From positions 1 to 9,375 of the forward strand of contig JALDTO010000011.1 in assembly GCA_023515725.1 (NCBI GenBank): a stretch of DNA of 9,375 bases, read 5' to 3'. Shown in pieces: positions 8,978 through 9,375 of this stretch. The position numbers and the translations under genes were made by a program. Origin of the DNA: Amoeboaphelidium protococcarum X5. Taxonomy: Eukaryota > Fungi > Aphelidiomycota. The stretch's first letter is position 1; every line of letters begins with the position of its first letter. The notes below the pieces were generated by a model. That model ran no database searches. It worked only from the letters and a program-made list of their open reading frames with translations, and was not told where the DNA came from.

Positions 8978-9375
8978 ATGAGCCTATTCTTTGATGATGA
9001 ATTTGTGTTTAATCGCCTGAATCAAATGCTGCAAACGTTTGAAAAGAGTGCAGAAGGTGGTAGAGATGAACGTGCTTTGGTGTCACCTTCATACAAGACT
9101 GCATTCCCTATCGATGTAATTGAACGTGAAAATGACTACTTGGTGCAATCTGAACTGGCTGGTATCCCAAAGGAGGCTATCTAGATTGAACTGGCGAATA
9201 ATAAGTTGAGAATCTTTGGTGAAAACTCGCAGAGCCGTGACGATCAACAAGGCAAGTGGCACGTACAGGAACGCTCTTATGGCAAGTTTGAACGTACGTT
9301 GATGGTGCCAAAGAACGCGGATGTTGATAACATCTCTGCCAATTATGAGAATGGCGTCTTGGAGGTGAAGATTCC
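8978..9375 (+). CDS. Small heat-shock protein (Hsp20), 5' part; runs off the window end and continues at the window start (148 aa if joined)
   Basis: MSLFFDDEF...FPIDVIERENDYLVQSELAGIPKEAI(Q=TAG 9182-9184)IELANNKLRIFGE...WHVQERSYGKFERTLMVPKNADVDNISANYENGVLEVKIP, a complete alpha-crystallin domain signature. Confidence 0.94.
9300..9375 (+). repeat. Terminal direct repeat, copy 2 (identical to 1-76)
   Basis: Exact 76-bp match to the window start. Confidence 0.97.

Noticed and set aside
287-9375. Cluster of pseudogenes with premature stops
   Set aside because: The interruptions are only TAA/TAG, never TGA or frameshifts, they fall on conserved Gln positions, and catalytic motifs and promoters are intact.
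1-9375. Plasmid, virus or transposon suggested by the terminal repeat
   Set aside because: No replication, capsid, integrase or transposase gene is present. The repeat is ordinary Hsp20 coding sequence and the genes carry spliceosomal introns.
1-9375. Prokaryotic or phage recoding (TAG=Gln code 15, pyrrolysine)
   Set aside because: Both TAA and TAG are read through, and introns, an HSE/TATA promoter and a PTS1-like signal indicate a eukaryotic nucleus.

Overview
Gene-dense eukaryotic nuclear DNA that does not use the standard genetic code. In-frame TAA and TAG sit at conserved glutamine positions, and every gene ends in TGA (TAR=Gln, translation table 6 type). The standard-code ORF track therefore cuts real genes into pieces. 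Re-read with TAR=Gln, the window holds six genes: an ICMT/PEMT-family membrane methyltransferase (+), a peroxisomal acyl-CoA oxidase with one short intron (+), a small acidic protein missing from the ORF track (+), a CEP89-like coiled-coil protein (-), a fungal-type GT2 membrane glycosyltransferase (-), and an Hsp20 with a perfect heat-shock element and TATA box (+). The Hsp20 is split across the two window ends. The first and last 76 bp are identical, so the sequence closes into a 9,299-bp unit that restores one intact Hsp20. This could be a circle, a tandem amplification, or an assembly path between two Hsp20 copies. Fungus-like gene families, a centriolar protein and TAR=Gln suggest an aphelid such as Amoeboaphelidium protococcarum (inference). 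All translations and counts were done by hand.
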